Shown here: positions 63,153-64,000 of the stretch, in pieces
Layout: every line of letters begins with the position of its first letter
How positions within the stretch are numbered: the first letter of the stretch is position 1
IMG/VR virus record: IMGVR_UViG_3300045999_009829
Strand: one strand, 5' to 3'
Origin: a virus
Length of the DNA stretch: 64,000 nt
Notes under the pieces: generated by a model
What the model was told of the DNA's origin: nothing
Database searches by the model: none
What the model saw: only the letters and a program-made list of their open reading frames with translations
Made by a program: the position numbers and the translations under genes

Positions 63153-64000
63153 GCTGTCTTGTACGTGAACTTGGGCGTTGGAAATGCCCTGGACTCTACA
63201 GTTGGGTATTCGGCTCGAAGTGACCGAATGAGGTCTTCCCACTGACTGGCGATCTTTGTCGCGTTAAACCTGACATCTGCATACTGCTTGACAAAGCCCA
63301 GGTAGTTGATGGCATTATCCTGGTGCACCACCTGAATGGCATTCTCCAGTAGGTGATAGAACTTAGAGGCATGCTGATTGTGGTCGTCGATGAACTGGTA
63401 CATGGATGTCAATCCACCAGACGTGTCAGCAAGACCAGCCAGATTTGGATGCAGACACAGGCATCCAGCGCTCATGGCCTCAATCAGTGCTCGGGAGTTG
63501 CACTCCTGCCAGATTGAGGGGTAAGCAAAGATGTGAGCCTTCTGAAGGTGCTCTCGGACCACGTCGTTCGGCTGAGAGCCGTGGTACGTGATCTGCGGGT
63601 GGGACTTGCAGCGCTCGAAGAGCTCCTGGTATGGCTTGTCGGACTCTTCCCACCCGTAGATGGAGAAGCTAGAGAACACGTCCAGGTGGATGTTCTTGTG
63701 CTTTTTCGCTAGTTCCTCAAAGACCGGGATCAGCAGGGCAAGGCCGCGCTGAGGTGTCGAGGTGTAGATGAGTCGGACTTCATCCTTGGACTTCTCTACC
63801 CACTGGATCGGTTCGATGGGTGTCTCGATGGTGACGCACTTGTCGTTCTGCGGTACACCCAGATATGTGACGTACTGGTTGTACTGCCAGTTGCCACAGA
63901 ATACCAGCTTGTGGAACCTATCCCTACTGGACTGATCCTTGAGGTGGTTGGTCTCAGGGTCAAGTGGGAGGTCATGGAGCCAGTAGACTCGAATCTTGCT
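63149..64000 (-). CDS. Glycosyltransferase family 4 (partial, start beyond the window)
   Basis: Frame open to the window end: YWLHD, IYTSTPQRGL, FAYPSIWQE...IEAMSAG (EX7E). Confidence 0.85.
   Translation of the reverse strand, partial: SKIRVYWLHDLPLDPETNHLKDQSSRDRFHKLVFCGNWQYNQYVTYLGVPQNDKCVTIETPIEPIQWVEKSKDEVRLIYTSTPQRGLALLIPVFEELAKKHKNIHLDVFSSFSIYGWEESDKPYQELFERCKSHPQITYHGSQPNDVVREHLQKAHIFAYPSIWQECNSRALIEAMSAGCLCLHPNLAGLADTSGGLTSMYQFIDDHNQHASKFYHLLENAIQVVHQDNAINYLGFVKQYADVRFNATKIASQWEDLIRSLRAEYPTVESRAFPTPKFTYKTA

Noticed and set aside
1-64000. Stop-codon reassignment
   Set aside because: Conserved genes are full length under the standard code, TAA, TAG and TGA all end genes, and no suppressor tRNA is seen.

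Overview
A 64 kb segment of a large T4-like myophage genome; the host is probably a high-GC proteobacterium (inference). From left to right: (1) 1-12.8 kb, a minus-strand cluster of glycosyltransferases (GT32-like, two GT9-like with one TPR-fused, GT34-like, GT25), a sulfotransferase, an FkbM-like methyltransferase and four 2OG-Fe(II) oxygenases, interleaved with three RCC1-repeat beta-propeller genes; (2) 12.8-42.7 kb, the tail fibre and baseplate module (gp8, gp7, gp6, gp25, split gp5, gp27-like, gp53, gp48, gp4, gp2, gp54, gp26/gp51, a holin-like gene and two large muralytic tape-measure-like proteins); (3) gp32, gp59, gp33 and three tRNAs; (4) a divergent early region with sigma70-type promoters and small genes; (5) hldD, hldE, an exonuclease, dCMP deaminase, a thermonuclease, phoH, RNase H, gmhA, an hddA-like kinase and a GT4. 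The main candidate system is a phage-encoded nucleotide-heptose supply plus protein-directed transferases that may glycosylate the virion; the structural proteins are rich in [S/A/G]-N and N-x-S/T motifs. Also notable are a probable programmed -1 frameshift joining gp26 to gp51, a genetically split gp5, and constant/variable RCC1 repeat arrays. All family calls come from motif recognition by eye; no database search was run.
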